Source: an uncultured Solirubrobacteraceae bacterium
GTDB taxonomy: Bacteria; Actinomycetota; Thermoleophilia; Solirubrobacterales; Solirubrobacteraceae
Length of the DNA stretch: 64,000 bases
Direction of reading: 5' to 3'
Assembly (NCBI GenBank): GCA_964588985.1
Contig: CAZPQW010000001.1
Coordinates: 256,001-320,000, forward strand
This document shows, one piece after another, positions 36,897 through 45,663 of the stretch. A program made the position numbers and the translations under genes. Position 1 is the stretch's first letter; every line of letters starts with the position of its first letter. The notes under the pieces are model-generated. The model was not told the DNA's origin. It saw only the letters and a list, made by a program, of their open reading frames with translations, and did not search any database.

Positions 36897-37979
36897 ATGG
36901 GCGCAGCTTCGGTAGACGTTGGCGCTGCGGCGCGTGGCAGGCGGGTGCTTCCGATCGTGGCCCTCGGCTTGGCGATCGTGCTCGTGCTGCTGGTGGGCGG
37001 CGCGTACCTCTACGACCACTCGCGCAGGGACGTGATCGCCAACGGCGTGCGCATCGACGGGGTGGCGGTGGGCGGCCTGCACGCGACGGCCGCTCGACAG
37101 AAGGTGGAACGCGACCTCGTTGCGCCGCTGCAGGGACGACTGACGGTCCGCTCGGGCGCGCACAGCTGGACGCTCGAAGGGCGTCAGGCGGGCGTGCGGG
37201 TGGACGTCTCCAACATGGTCGCCCAGGCGGTGAGCGCGAGTCGCGGAGGATCGTTCCTCTCCCGGGCCGCGCGTGGAGTGTTCGGCGGCAGCGTCAAGCA
37301 CGAAGTCCCACTCGTGATCAGCTACTCCCACGCGGCCGTGCGCGCCCTCACCGCGAAGGTGCGAGCCGCGGTCAACCGCCCGCCGCGCGACGCCACCGTG
37401 CAGCCGACGGCGAGCGGGCTGAGCGATGTGCGCGGCCAGACGGGGCTGACCGTGGACAGCACGAAGCTTGGGGGGCGCATCGAGTCGGCGCTCGTGGGGG
37501 CGACGACGAGCCGCACCGTCGCAGTGCCCACCCTCAAGGTGCAGCCGAAGGTGACCACCGCGGAGCTGGCGGCGAAGTACCCCGCGTACATCGTGGTCGA
37601 CCGCGCGACGTTCCGGCTGAAGCTCTACAGCCACCTGAAGCTCGCGAGGACTTACGAAATCGCGGTTGGCATGGAAGGCCTGGAAACGCCGGCCGGCCTG
37701 CACCACATCGAATGGAAGCAGGTCAACCCGCCGTGGTACGTGCCCAAGAAAGCGTGGGCGGGCTCGCTGGCGGGCACCGTCGTGCCGCCCGGGCCGGGGG
37801 ACCCGTTGAAGGCGCGCTTCATGTCCTTCGAAGGCGGCGCGGGCATCCACGGGATCGACCCGAGCGAGTACTCCTCGATCGGCCACGACGCCTCGCACGG
37901 CTGCGTGCGGATGCGCATCCCGGACGTGATCGATCTGTACGCCCGCACGCCCGTGGGCACGCCCGTCTACATCATCTAG
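36897..37979 (+). CDS. L,D-transpeptidase with peptidoglycan-binding (PG_binding_4-like) domain
   Basis: N-terminal TM, NGVRIDGVAVGGL, IAVG...TPAG, GIHG...SHGCVRM. Confidence 0.92.
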   Translation: MGAASVDVGAAARGRRVLPIVALGLAIVLVLLVGGAYLYDHSRRDVIANGVRIDGVAVGGLHATAARQKVERDLVAPLQGRLTVRSGAHSWTLEGRQAGVRVDVSNMVAQAVSASRGGSFLSRAARGVFGGSVKHEVPLVISYSHAAVRALTAKVRAAVNRPPRDATVQPTASGLSDVRGQTGLTVDSTKLGGRIESALVGATTSRTVAVPTLKVQPKVTTAELAAKYPAYIVVDRATFRLKLYSHLKLARTYEIAVGMEGLETPAGLHHIEWKQVNPPWYVPKKAWAGSLAGTVVPPGPGDPLKARFMSFEGGAGIHGIDPSEYSSIGHDASHGCVRMRIPDVIDLYARTPVGTPVYII

Positions 37980-38013
37980 CGCGAAGCGGTCGCTTCCAAG
38001 CGGTCGCGGCGCG

Positions 38014-38187
38014 TCAGGAGGCGCCGGGCGGGCGGCGCGAGGCCAGGTATTCCTGGTTCTGGCGGCGCTCTCCGCGAACCTGCACGGCGATGTACACGAC
38101 GATGATGTTGACCACCACGCCGATGCCGCCGAACGTGGCGATCAGGCCGACGTCCTTCGTGAATGCTTCGCTGGCGGCAAGGATCAT
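38014..38187 (-). CDS. 57-aa single-TM small protein (below ORF-track cutoff)
   Basis: TAGGCT-N6-ATG; MILAASEAFTKDVGLIATFGGIGVVVNIIVVYIAVQVRGERRQNQEYLASRRPPGAS; GC3-rich codons. Confidence 0.7.
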   Translation of the reverse strand: MILAASEAFTKDVGLIATFGGIGVVVNIIVVYIAVQVRGERRQNQEYLASRRPPGAS

Positions 38188-38274
38188 GCGGGCAGCCTAG
38201 CAATCGCGGAACGCGTCGGTATCGTAGCCTTGGTCATGCCGCCGTCGGTCCTCGCGATCGGCGCACATGCACCC

Positions 38275-38363
38275 GGAGAGGTGCCGGAGCGGTTGAACGG
38301 GCGCGACTGGAAATCGCGTAACGGGGGTAACCTCGTTCGAGGGTTCGAATCCCTCCCTCTCCG
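38275..38363 (+). tRNA. tRNA-Ser (anticodon GGA)
   Basis: Acceptor GGAGAGG/CCTCTCC+G, anticodon arm CGCGA-CTGGAAA-TCGCG, long variable arm, GAGGG-TTCGAAT-CCCTC. Confidence 0.96.
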
Positions 38364-38448
38364 TTTTCACTGGGTTTGAGGTCGTTGCTCGAACTCAGAC
38401 GTGGCGTTGTGGCCGGCGTATCGTCCAGCGAGTCACGAGGAGGAGACG

Positions 38449-38808
38449 ATGTCTGACGCAGTCGCGGGTCTTGTCGGGGGTGTCGTCGGGGGAAGTCTCG
38501 GAGTTCTGGGCACGACTGTCAGCGCCTACTACGGTCCGCGCCGGCTCGAGCAATGGCGACAGGATCGACACGACCAGCCGAGAAAGCTTCTGCTGAGGCG
38601 CATGCTCGAAGACAACCGATTCCGGAACGGTCGAAGTCTCGAGCGACTGATGATCGTGACAGGCACGGAGCCAGAGGAGTGCCGGCGACTGCTGATCCAG
38701 ATCGGTGCGCGAGGAATCCTTTTCCGAGGCGGCAAGGAGGGCTGGGCGCTCATAGAGAGAAAGCCGCTGGCAGGCGACTATTCGTCCGACGCATCCCCGG
38801 ACGCTTGA
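38449..38808 (+). CDS. hypothetical protein, N-terminal TM plus possible winged helix
   Basis: GAGGAGGAG RBS; Gly-rich TM; RSLERLMIVTGTEPEECRRLLIQIGAR. Confidence 0.65.
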   Translation: MSDAVAGLVGGVVGGSLGVLGTTVSAYYGPRRLEQWRQDRHDQPRKLLLRRMLEDNRFRNGRSLERLMIVTGTEPEECRRLLIQIGARGILFRGGKEGWALIERKPLAGDYSSDASPDA

Positions 38809-38869
38809 GGAAATTGAGCTCGAATATGGCGCCAGGGTGTTCACGCGGGTGTGAGCGATACTGACCGTT

Positions 38870-40267
38870 GTGCCTGCTCGCCTGGCGTCAATCGTCATCG
38901 CGCTCGGCCTCGTCCTGGCAATGGTCCTCGAGGGGCAGAGTGCGGGCGCGCGCTCGGGCGCCTCGAGTGCGGCGACCTGGGGAAGCCCGCAGGTGTTGGC
39001 GCCAGCTTCGCAGTCTGCGTTCGACCCCCAGCTCGCGGTAGCGGCGGACGGGCAGACACTCGCCGGCTGGTTCGACGGGCCACCTCCCAGCATCTGTGCA
39101 GCGATGGTTTGTCCTCACGCATCTCCCTGGAGCGGCTCGGAGGTCGTTCTCGATCCGGGCACCGTCGACGGGGGCTTCGGCACGCCGGTGGTGGTGAGCA
39201 CTCATGGAAGCGACAGCCCGGAGGGGTTGCAGCTCGCCATCTCGGGGGCGGGGGTCGCCTACGCCGCCTGGGAACAGAAGAGCGGTCCGTGGGTGATCTC
39301 GAGCGCGAGCCGTGGGGGTTCGTTCGCCAGCCCCCACACGCTGTTGCCACGCGGTGTCAGGCTGCCGCACTTGGTGCGGAGTCCGACGGGACCGGTCGCA
39401 GCTGTCTGGTCAGACCGCTCCTCGCAGCTGCACTACGCGCTGTTGCGTCCGGACGGAACCCTGGGGCGAACGATCACCATGGGCCGGTGGAACGGCTCGG
39501 CCGAAGGGATGCCGTTCGCCCTGAACGACCGCGGCGAATTCGCGGCTATCGACACCGTCGGCACGACTCCGCAGGCTCCGCTCGTGCACGTCTGCAACGC
39601 CGCCGGACGCTGCTCCCGGCCGCACGAGATGCGCTTCGGCGACATTCCCGCACAGGTCTACGAGGAAAACGCGATCGCGCTGTCCGACGACGGGACCGTG
39701 ACGGTGCTCGCCGCCTTCTCGAAGCCGCCAAAGCATCCTGCACCGAACACGCCGTTTGGACTATGGGCCGTGGTGCGCCGTCCAGGCAAGCATTGGAGCG
39801 CTCCCCAGGAGCTCTCTCGTGGTGGCGATGAGCCGATAGCGGTGGCCGACGGCAATGGCTCGGTGACGGTGCTCTTCGATCACTCCTGGACGTCCCGTCC
39901 TCGCTTCCTCGGCAACCGGCTGGAAACCTCGACGCTGCCCGCCACAGGCACCAGCCTGACGCGACCCACCATCGTGCGAGGCCTGGAAGCACCCGAACCC
40001 TCGACGCTGGTGGCCAACAACGCAGGCGCCTACCTGATCGTGGGAATGCCTCGGGAGCCGGAATCCGTCGCCAACGCAAGCATCGTCGCCGTGAGCGGCA
40101 GCGCTGGTGGTCTCGGCACTGCGCAACTCGTGGTCTCAGGTGAAGTCTCCGACCATCCGCCGCGCGCCGGCATCGATCGCAAGGGCGACGCGGTGGTCCT
40201 TTGGGATGAAGACAGCGCGTCAGGCCCACACGGTGTCTTCGCCGCGACGCTTCGCGCCGAACCGTGA
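38870..40267 (+). CDS. secreted repeat protein, probable beta-propeller
   Basis: Signal peptide; recurring W/F-x-x-P-x-x-L/V units (WGSPQVL, FGTPVVV, FASPHTL, WSAPQEL) each followed by P.LA...G...VAW. Confidence 0.7.
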   Translation: MPARLASIVIALGLVLAMVLEGQSAGARSGASSAATWGSPQVLAPASQSAFDPQLAVAADGQTLAGWFDGPPPSICAAMVCPHASPWSGSEVVLDPGTVDGGFGTPVVVSTHGSDSPEGLQLAISGAGVAYAAWEQKSGPWVISSASRGGSFASPHTLLPRGVRLPHLVRSPTGPVAAVWSDRSSQLHYALLRPDGTLGRTITMGRWNGSAEGMPFALNDRGEFAAIDTVGTTPQAPLVHVCNAAGRCSRPHEMRFGDIPAQVYEENAIALSDDGTVTVLAAFSKPPKHPAPNTPFGLWAVVRRPGKHWSAPQELSRGGDEPIAVADGNGSVTVLFDHSWTSRPRFLGNRLETSTLPATGTSLTRPTIVRGLEAPEPSTLVANNAGAYLIVGMPREPESVANASIVAVSGSAGGLGTAQLVVSGEVSDHPPRAGIDRKGDAVVLWDEDSASGPHGVFAATLRAEP

Positions 40268-40280
40268 CCGCCGTCTGAAG

Positions 40281-40298
40281 GCGAGTATCAGCTCGCGT
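40281..40298. promoter_or_regulatory. candidate TetR operator (copy 1)
   Basis: GCGAGTatcAGCTCGCGT upstream of tetR; same motif at 42197. Confidence 0.65.
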
Positions 40299-40328
40299 TA
40301 GGCGTGCGTTCGTGCGATCTTGTGCGCG

Positions 40329-40934
40329 ATGAGCCGCTCCGGTCGCAGGCATCCTCGGCAGCAACGCTCGCGAGAGATGGTGGAGCGGATCGTCGATGCG
40401 GCGGCCCGCGTCCTGGAGGACGTCGGCTATCAGCACGCGTCGACGAACCGGATCGCAGCCGCGGCGGGTGTCAGTCCCGGCAGCGTGTACCAGTACTTCA
40501 CCGGCAAGGACGAGATCTTCGCCGTGGTCGTCGAGCGGCTCGGAGTCCGGTTCGCCGAGAGCATCGTCCCGGTGCTCCGTCGCTCCGCATTGGAGGATCC
40601 GGCGACGAGGACGCATACGGTCATCGACGCTGTGCTCGCCGCCCTCGAAGCTGAGGCGCGACTGCTGCGGGCGCTCGTCGACCGCATCCCCACGCTCGAG
40701 CAGCAGAAGGCCGCGACTGCGATCCGGGGTCGCGTTGGAGAGATGGTCTACCAGTCGCTGGCATCGACGCCAAGCGCGCTGCGCCACGACGACCTCGACC
40801 GGACCACCTGGATGATCGTCGAGCTGGCTCAGCACCTGCCCGTTCGCTACGTCCTCGACCAACCGCCGATTGCCCGCGAGGCCTTCATCGACGATCTCGC
40901 CCAGATCATCCTGGGTGTCGCGTACGTCGCTTGA
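40329..40934 (+). CDS. TetR/AcrR family regulator
   Basis: PRQQRSR...STNRIAAAAGVSPGSVYQYF. Confidence 0.92.
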   Translation: MSRSGRRHPRQQRSREMVERIVDAAARVLEDVGYQHASTNRIAAAAGVSPGSVYQYFTGKDEIFAVVVERLGVRFAESIVPVLRRSALEDPATRTHTVIDAVLAALEAEARLLRALVDRIPTLEQQKAATAIRGRVGEMVYQSLASTPSALRHDDLDRTTWMIVELAQHLPVRYVLDQPPIAREAFIDDLAQIILGVAYVA

Positions 40935-40964
40935 GTCGCGCCAGAGGGCCGACTTGGGCGGGGC

Positions 40965-42182
40965 TCAGCTGCCCTCAGCTGCCGCCGGCATCTGCGCTGG
41001 CAGTCGCTCGGTGGGGTTGGTGCGCCGCGCGCCGCCGCGGGTTCGGGCAGCGCGAAACTGAAGCGTCGCGATCAGGTGGTCGTTCAGTCGATCGTTGGCC
41101 AAACGCAGGCCAGCCTCTGCGGCAGGGACGGCGCGGCGCAGAGCTTCACCGATCCGGATCGCGCCCCTCAGCGCAGGAACGGTGCGACGGGACCGGCTGG
41201 CGGGGAACCGCAGGCGCTCCAGGTGGCTGTCGGGCAGGTGATGCCAAGCGAGCTCGCGCTCCATGCTTTCCAGCAGCGACGCCGAGCGGCGCTCGAGCCG
41301 ACTCGTGGCTCCGACGTGCGTCGAGCCGAGCGTGGCCGCGACCAGTGCGATCGAATCCTCGTCCGGCGGATCACGCGTCAGCTCGATTAGCTCGAGCAGT
41401 CGAGCGGACTCCTGCTCGCCGTCAGGGTTGATGTTCGCCGGCACCCCGATCAGGTGGCCGACGTAGCGCCATAGCGCGTAGACGCCGTCGAGCTCCTCTG
41501 CGCTGAACCGGACCCCTAGCAGGCGCAGCATGCGCAGCGGCAGATGGCAGAACTCGAGCACCGTCATCGCGGTGTCCGCCTGATTGATCGGTGCGCCCCA
41601 CGCGGTGTCGTCCCAGCGCCCGGAGGCGCGTAGCGCTCGCCGCACCCGGGCGTGAACCAGCCGCACCCGCACCGTCGCGTGCCATGCGGCCGCATCGCGA
41701 CTGAGCTGCCCTGGGCGCACCACGGCGAGTGTCCAGGTGCCGGTCTCTGTGAGTCGACGCAGGGCTGCCTCGGGCTGGCGCAGCTCGCCTGTCCAGGCCA
41801 ACGGCTTGACCGCCGAGCCGCTGAAGTAGCCCCAGTAGAGGGACTGCTTGGTCGCGATTCCATACGGGACGCCGCAGCGTCCGAGCGCGCGAGCGCCGCG
41901 GTCGATGCGCGCGAGATCGACCTCGAACGGCGGAGAGGCGAGATCCGCGAACAGCGCGCGCAGCTCAGCCGGCGCGTCCGGGGCGGCGTCGATGCCGGCC
42001 GTCAGCGCATGCTCGAGCACCAGTCGTCCGCGCTCACCGAGCGCATCCAGCGCTTCGAGCGCCGCGTCGCCGAGCTCGTCGGATGTGGACAGCGCCTCCA
42101 CGTAGTCTCGGGCGAGCGCACCGAAGCGCTCCTCGGCCTGCTCGCGGTTACCGTAACGCGCGGGTGCGGGTGAGGTGGACAC
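40965..42182 (-). CDS. MpaB/Lcp-like (DUF2236) oxygenase family protein
   Basis: RRLTETGTW, VRVRLVHARVR, WGAPINQAD, LWRYVGHLIGV. Confidence 0.85.
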   Translation of the reverse strand: MSTSPAPARYGNREQAEERFGALARDYVEALSTSDELGDAALEALDALGERGRLVLEHALTAGIDAAPDAPAELRALFADLASPPFEVDLARIDRGARALGRCGVPYGIATKQSLYWGYFSGSAVKPLAWTGELRQPEAALRRLTETGTWTLAVVRPGQLSRDAAAWHATVRVRLVHARVRRALRASGRWDDTAWGAPINQADTAMTVLEFCHLPLRMLRLLGVRFSAEELDGVYALWRYVGHLIGVPANINPDGEQESARLLELIELTRDPPDEDSIALVAATLGSTHVGATSRLERRSASLLESMERELAWHHLPDSHLERLRFPASRSRRTVPALRGAIRIGEALRRAVPAAEAGLRLANDRLNDHLIATLQFRAARTRGGARRTNPTERLPAQMPAAAEGS

Positions 42183-42194
42183 GTCGAGAACATA

Positions 42195-42214
42195 ACGCGA
42201 GTGTGAGCTCGCGT
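42195..42214. promoter_or_regulatory. candidate TetR operator (copy 2)
   Basis: ACGCGAG-tgtgag-CTCGCGT palindrome abutting the TATGTT -10 of the oxygenase gene. Confidence 0.7.
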
Positions 42215-42236
42215 ACTACTCGCGTATTGATCGCAG

Positions 42237-43289
42237 TCAGTCCTCGCCTGGCGGTGCCCACAGATTGATCCCGCCCTCGTGTGCGTGACGGTCGATCTGG
42301 GTGAGCTCGTCCGCATCGAAGTCGAGCCGCGAGAGCGCCGCGATGTTCTGCTCGAGCTGCTCAACGCTGCTTGCGCCGAGCAGCGCCGAGGTGACGCGCT
42401 CGTCGCGCAGCACCCACGCGATCGCCATCTGCGCGAGCGACTGCCCGCGCGCGGACGCGATCTCGGTGAGCGCACGCACGCGCGCGAGGTTCTCCTCTGT
42501 GAGTAGATCCGCGGAGAAGTAGTTGCCGCTGCGCACGCGCGAGTCGCTCGGGATCTCGTTGAGGTAGCGGTCGGTGAGCAGGCCCTGGGCGAGCGGGGAG
42601 AAGACGATCGCGCCGACGCCCTCCTGACCGAGCACGTCGAGCAACTCGCCCTCGATCCAGCGGTTCACCAGCGAGTAGGACGGCTGGTGGATCAGCAGCG
42701 GGGTGCCGAGCTCACGCAGGATGCGAACCGCGTCGAGGGTGCGTTGCGGTCCGTAGGAGGAGATGCCCACGTAGCGGGTGAGCCCTCGTTGCACCGCTGT
42801 GTCGAGCGCTCCCATCGTCTCTTCGAGCGGCGTGTCGGGGTCGAAGCGGTGCGAATAGAAGATGTCCACGTGGTCGAGGCGCATCCGCTGGAGGCTCTGC
42901 TCGAGGCTCGAGAGCAGGTACTTGCGAGAGCCCCACTCCCCATAGGGGCCGGGCCACATGTCGTAGCCCGCCTTGGTCGAGATCACGATCTCGTCGCGGA
43001 AGGGGCGGAAGTCCTCGCTGTAGATCCGCCCGAAGTTGATCTCCGCGCTCCCGTACGGCGGCCCGTAGTTGTTCGCCAGGTCGAAGTGCGTCACGCCGAG
43101 GTCGAACGCGCGGCGCAGGATCGCACGGCTGTTGGCCAGCGGGCGGTCGTCACCGAAGTTCTGCCACAGCCCCAGGGAGATCGCCGGCAGGCGTAGGCCG
43201 CTGCGTCCGCAGCGGCGGTAGACCATCTCTCCGTAGCGCTCGTCCGCCGGTACGTAGCGCGACGGGGCGAGCTTGGAGTTGAACGCCAT
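42237..43289 (-). CDS. aldo/keto reductase, L-glyceraldehyde-3-phosphate reductase (Gpr/YghZ-like)
   Basis: GLRLPAISLGLWQNFG, HFDLANNYGPP, STKAGYDMWPGPYGEWGSRKYL. Confidence 0.92.
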   Translation of the reverse strand: MAFNSKLAPSRYVPADERYGEMVYRRCGRSGLRLPAISLGLWQNFGDDRPLANSRAILRRAFDLGVTHFDLANNYGPPYGSAEINFGRIYSEDFRPFRDEIVISTKAGYDMWPGPYGEWGSRKYLLSSLEQSLQRMRLDHVDIFYSHRFDPDTPLEETMGALDTAVQRGLTRYVGISSYGPQRTLDAVRILRELGTPLLIHQPSYSLVNRWIEGELLDVLGQEGVGAIVFSPLAQGLLTDRYLNEIPSDSRVRSGNYFSADLLTEENLARVRALTEIASARGQSLAQMAIAWVLRDERVTSALLGASSVEQLEQNIAALSRLDFDADELTQIDRHAHEGGINLWAPPGED

Positions 43290-43320
43290 CGGTCGAGTAT
43301 TGCAACTCGCCGTCTGGCGC

Positions 43321-43944
43321 TCAGGTCGGGCCCGTCACCGGCTGTCGAATCACGGTCTTGAGCTTCTCGGGAGCGGTGCGCCGGGGGTCGCCGAGGTAGA
43401 TCTCGTGATGCTTGCCGCGCAGACCTCGGCCGCTCTCGGCGATGAACGCGTGCAGCCGTTCGATCGTCGGGCCCTCCGCCGAGTACGGGCCGACGTGCAT
43501 GATCTGCGCCGACGGTCCCTCCTGCCAACGCTCCAGCCGGAGCTTCGCAGCGGCCGGCAGCGACTTCTTGGCGGTCGCGCTCGCGAGCGCCTCCTCGAGG
43601 AGATCCTGCATGACCTCGTCGGGCTGCATGATCATCGCCGTCCAATCCCAGTCGGACTTCTCCGAGACGTCGAACCTGGTCATGTCCTCCACCCACCACA
43701 GCCCCTCGAGCGGCATCACGCCGTAGTCGAACCCGCCCGGCGAGCGCTTGATCGTGAACTTGAGCGTGTAGGAGACGGTGTACAGCGCTTCGATCGCCTG
43801 CGTGTACTCCGCCGCTGTGTTCGGGTCCCCGTGCCCGTCGACCATCAGGAACGCCAGCTCCGGCACGTCGACCAACGCCGGCTCGCGCCCCGCCTTGTAG
43901 AGATCCCTGTACTCGCGCTTGAAGTCGACCTTCGTCGCCGGCAT
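43321..43944 (-). CDS. GyrI-like small-molecule-binding domain protein
   Basis: KVDFKRE...FLMVDGHGDPN, VMPLEGLWW, HVGPY, GKHHEIYLGDPRR. Confidence 0.85.
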   Translation of the reverse strand: MPATKVDFKREYRDLYKAGREPALVDVPELAFLMVDGHGDPNTAAEYTQAIEALYTVSYTLKFTIKRSPGGFDYGVMPLEGLWWVEDMTRFDVSEKSDWDWTAMIMQPDEVMQDLLEEALASATAKKSLPAAAKLRLERWQEGPSAQIMHVGPYSAEGPTIERLHAFIAESGRGLRGKHHEIYLGDPRRTAPEKLKTVIRQPVTGPT

Positions 43945-44072
43945 CGCTCTCAGCCTCCGCTTCGCGTCGTGTTGGCCAAACCGTACGCTCGGCAGGTGAG
44001 CGGGGAATCCGTACGTTCCCCGCGGCCGAGCCGGTAGTCGGCCCGCCTGCGAGAGCGGCTTATGATCCGGCC

Positions 44073-44759
44073 ATGTCAACTCTCACGAATTACGAGCTCT
44101 CCGACGGCATCGCGACGATCACGATGGACGACGGCAAGGTCAACGCGCTCTCGACGAGCATGCTCGCCGACATCGCAAGCCGGTTCGATCAAGCCCAGGC
44201 CGACGAGGCGGTCGTGATCCTGACGGGCAACCACAAGCTGTTCTCCGCTGGCTTCGACCTACGCTGCGAGATGGAGCGATGGCCGGAGATGCTCGCGGCT
44301 GGCGCCGGGCTGGCCGAGCGGATGCTCTCGTTCCCGCGGCCAGTCGTCGTGGCATGCCCTGGCGCCGCGATCGCGATGGGCGGCTTCCTGCTGCTCTCCG
44401 GCGACCACCGGATCGGGGTCGAGGGCGACTACGGCATCGGCCTCAACGAGGTCGCCATCGGTCTCACGCTCCCGTGGTTCGGCATCGAGATCGCCCGCCA
44501 CCGACTCACGCGGCCTTACTTCGACCGCTGCACCGTCACCGGAGCGATCCTCCCGCCCAGCGAGGCGCTCGCGGCCGGCTTCCTCGATCAGGTCGTCCCG
44601 GCGGGCGAGCTGCGGACAGCCGCGCTCTCGGTGGCTGGCGCCCTGACGACAGTCGACGCCGCCGCCCATGCTGCGACCAAGCTGCGAGTTCGCGAGCGGG
44701 TGTTGCGCGGCGTGAGGGACGGCATAGAGCGGATCGCCGATCCAGACCGGGAGATGTAG
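44073..44759 (+). CDS. crotonase/enoyl-CoA hydratase family protein
   Basis: MDDGKVNAL, FSAGFDL, AIAMGGF, GLNEVAIG. Confidence 0.9.
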   Translation: MSTLTNYELSDGIATITMDDGKVNALSTSMLADIASRFDQAQADEAVVILTGNHKLFSAGFDLRCEMERWPEMLAAGAGLAERMLSFPRPVVVACPGAAIAMGGFLLLSGDHRIGVEGDYGIGLNEVAIGLTLPWFGIEIARHRLTRPYFDRCTVTGAILPPSEALAAGFLDQVVPAGELRTAALSVAGALTTVDAAAHAATKLRVRERVLRGVRDGIERIADPDREM

Positions 44760-44769
44760 CCGACCAGGC

Positions 44770-45564
44770 TCAGACGATGTCGACGGGCGTGCCGAGCGTC
44801 AGTCGCGGCGCGAGTCGCGCGATGTCCGCGTCGCGCATCCGGATGCAGCCGTGCGACGGGTCGCCCGGGATCAGCTGCGGTTCGCCGAAGTCGCCATGGA
44901 TGCCCACCACGCCGCCTCCCGGCCAGTCGGTCAGCGTGGAGTAGTCCGACGTGCCGAGCGCGTAGGGCCAATAGGGGTTGCTGCGGTTGGTGAGGCGAAA
45001 GCGCTCGCGGATCCAGAAGTGACCCGGAGGGGTGGGGGAGCTCGGCTTGCCGACGCCGACCGGCGCCTGGAAGCGCCGGCGCCCTTTGTAGTAGGCGGTG
45101 AGTTGTCGCTTGTGCAGGCTCACCACCACCAGCCAGTGCGTCACGTGAAAGCCGCCCAGATCTTCACGTTGCACCCATCCGGTCCGTCCGTTCGGGCGTC
45201 CGGGGACCCGCAGCTCGACCCACACCTGTCCCTGCGTGTCGGTGTGTCTTGCGAGCAGCAGGTAGACCTCGGGGAAGCCGTCCTCGGTTTCCAGGTGGAT
45301 GCTCGCAAGCCTCCGCGCGTGTGCTTCCGGCTTCGTGTAGATCGGCGCGCTTTCGACGGGGTGCGCCCACGTGGTCAGCGTTCGCTCGTTGGAAAGACTC
45401 ACGTCCGCCGGTGGGCCGGATGCGGGTGGCGCCGGCTGTTGTTCCGGCGGAGCCTGCGTGGGTGGCGTTGCGGGTGTTTCTGCGTTTGCGAGCGGCATGC
45501 CCACCTGCAAGAGCACAAACGCGAGCCCGCATGCCGCGAGCGCCACTCGTGTTCGTCTCAGCAT
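44770..45564 (-). CDS. secreted L,D-transpeptidase
   Basis: Signal peptide; VGVGKPSSPTPPG, VGIHG...SHGCIRM. Confidence 0.9.
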   Translation of the reverse strand: MLRRTRVALAACGLAFVLLQVGMPLANAETPATPPTQAPPEQQPAPPASGPPADVSLSNERTLTTWAHPVESAPIYTKPEAHARRLASIHLETEDGFPEVYLLLARHTDTQGQVWVELRVPGRPNGRTGWVQREDLGGFHVTHWLVVVSLHKRQLTAYYKGRRRFQAPVGVGKPSSPTPPGHFWIRERFRLTNRSNPYWPYALGTSDYSTLTDWPGGGVVGIHGDFGEPQLIPGDPSHGCIRMRDADIARLAPRLTLGTPVDIV

Positions 45565-45663
45565 CGCCGGGCCCTCATTCCTGTCCACGATTGTGAGGCA
45601 CCGGCGCGGGCGACGGTCGCTGCTTGCGACCGCTGCCCGCGCCAACTGCCTTCCTGCCTCGAC

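Noticed and set aside
44063-44089. TGATCC-N17-CGAA as a fifth ECF promoter
   Set aside because: Spacer and -10 differ, it spans the start codon, and TATGAT-N6-ATG explains the sequence.
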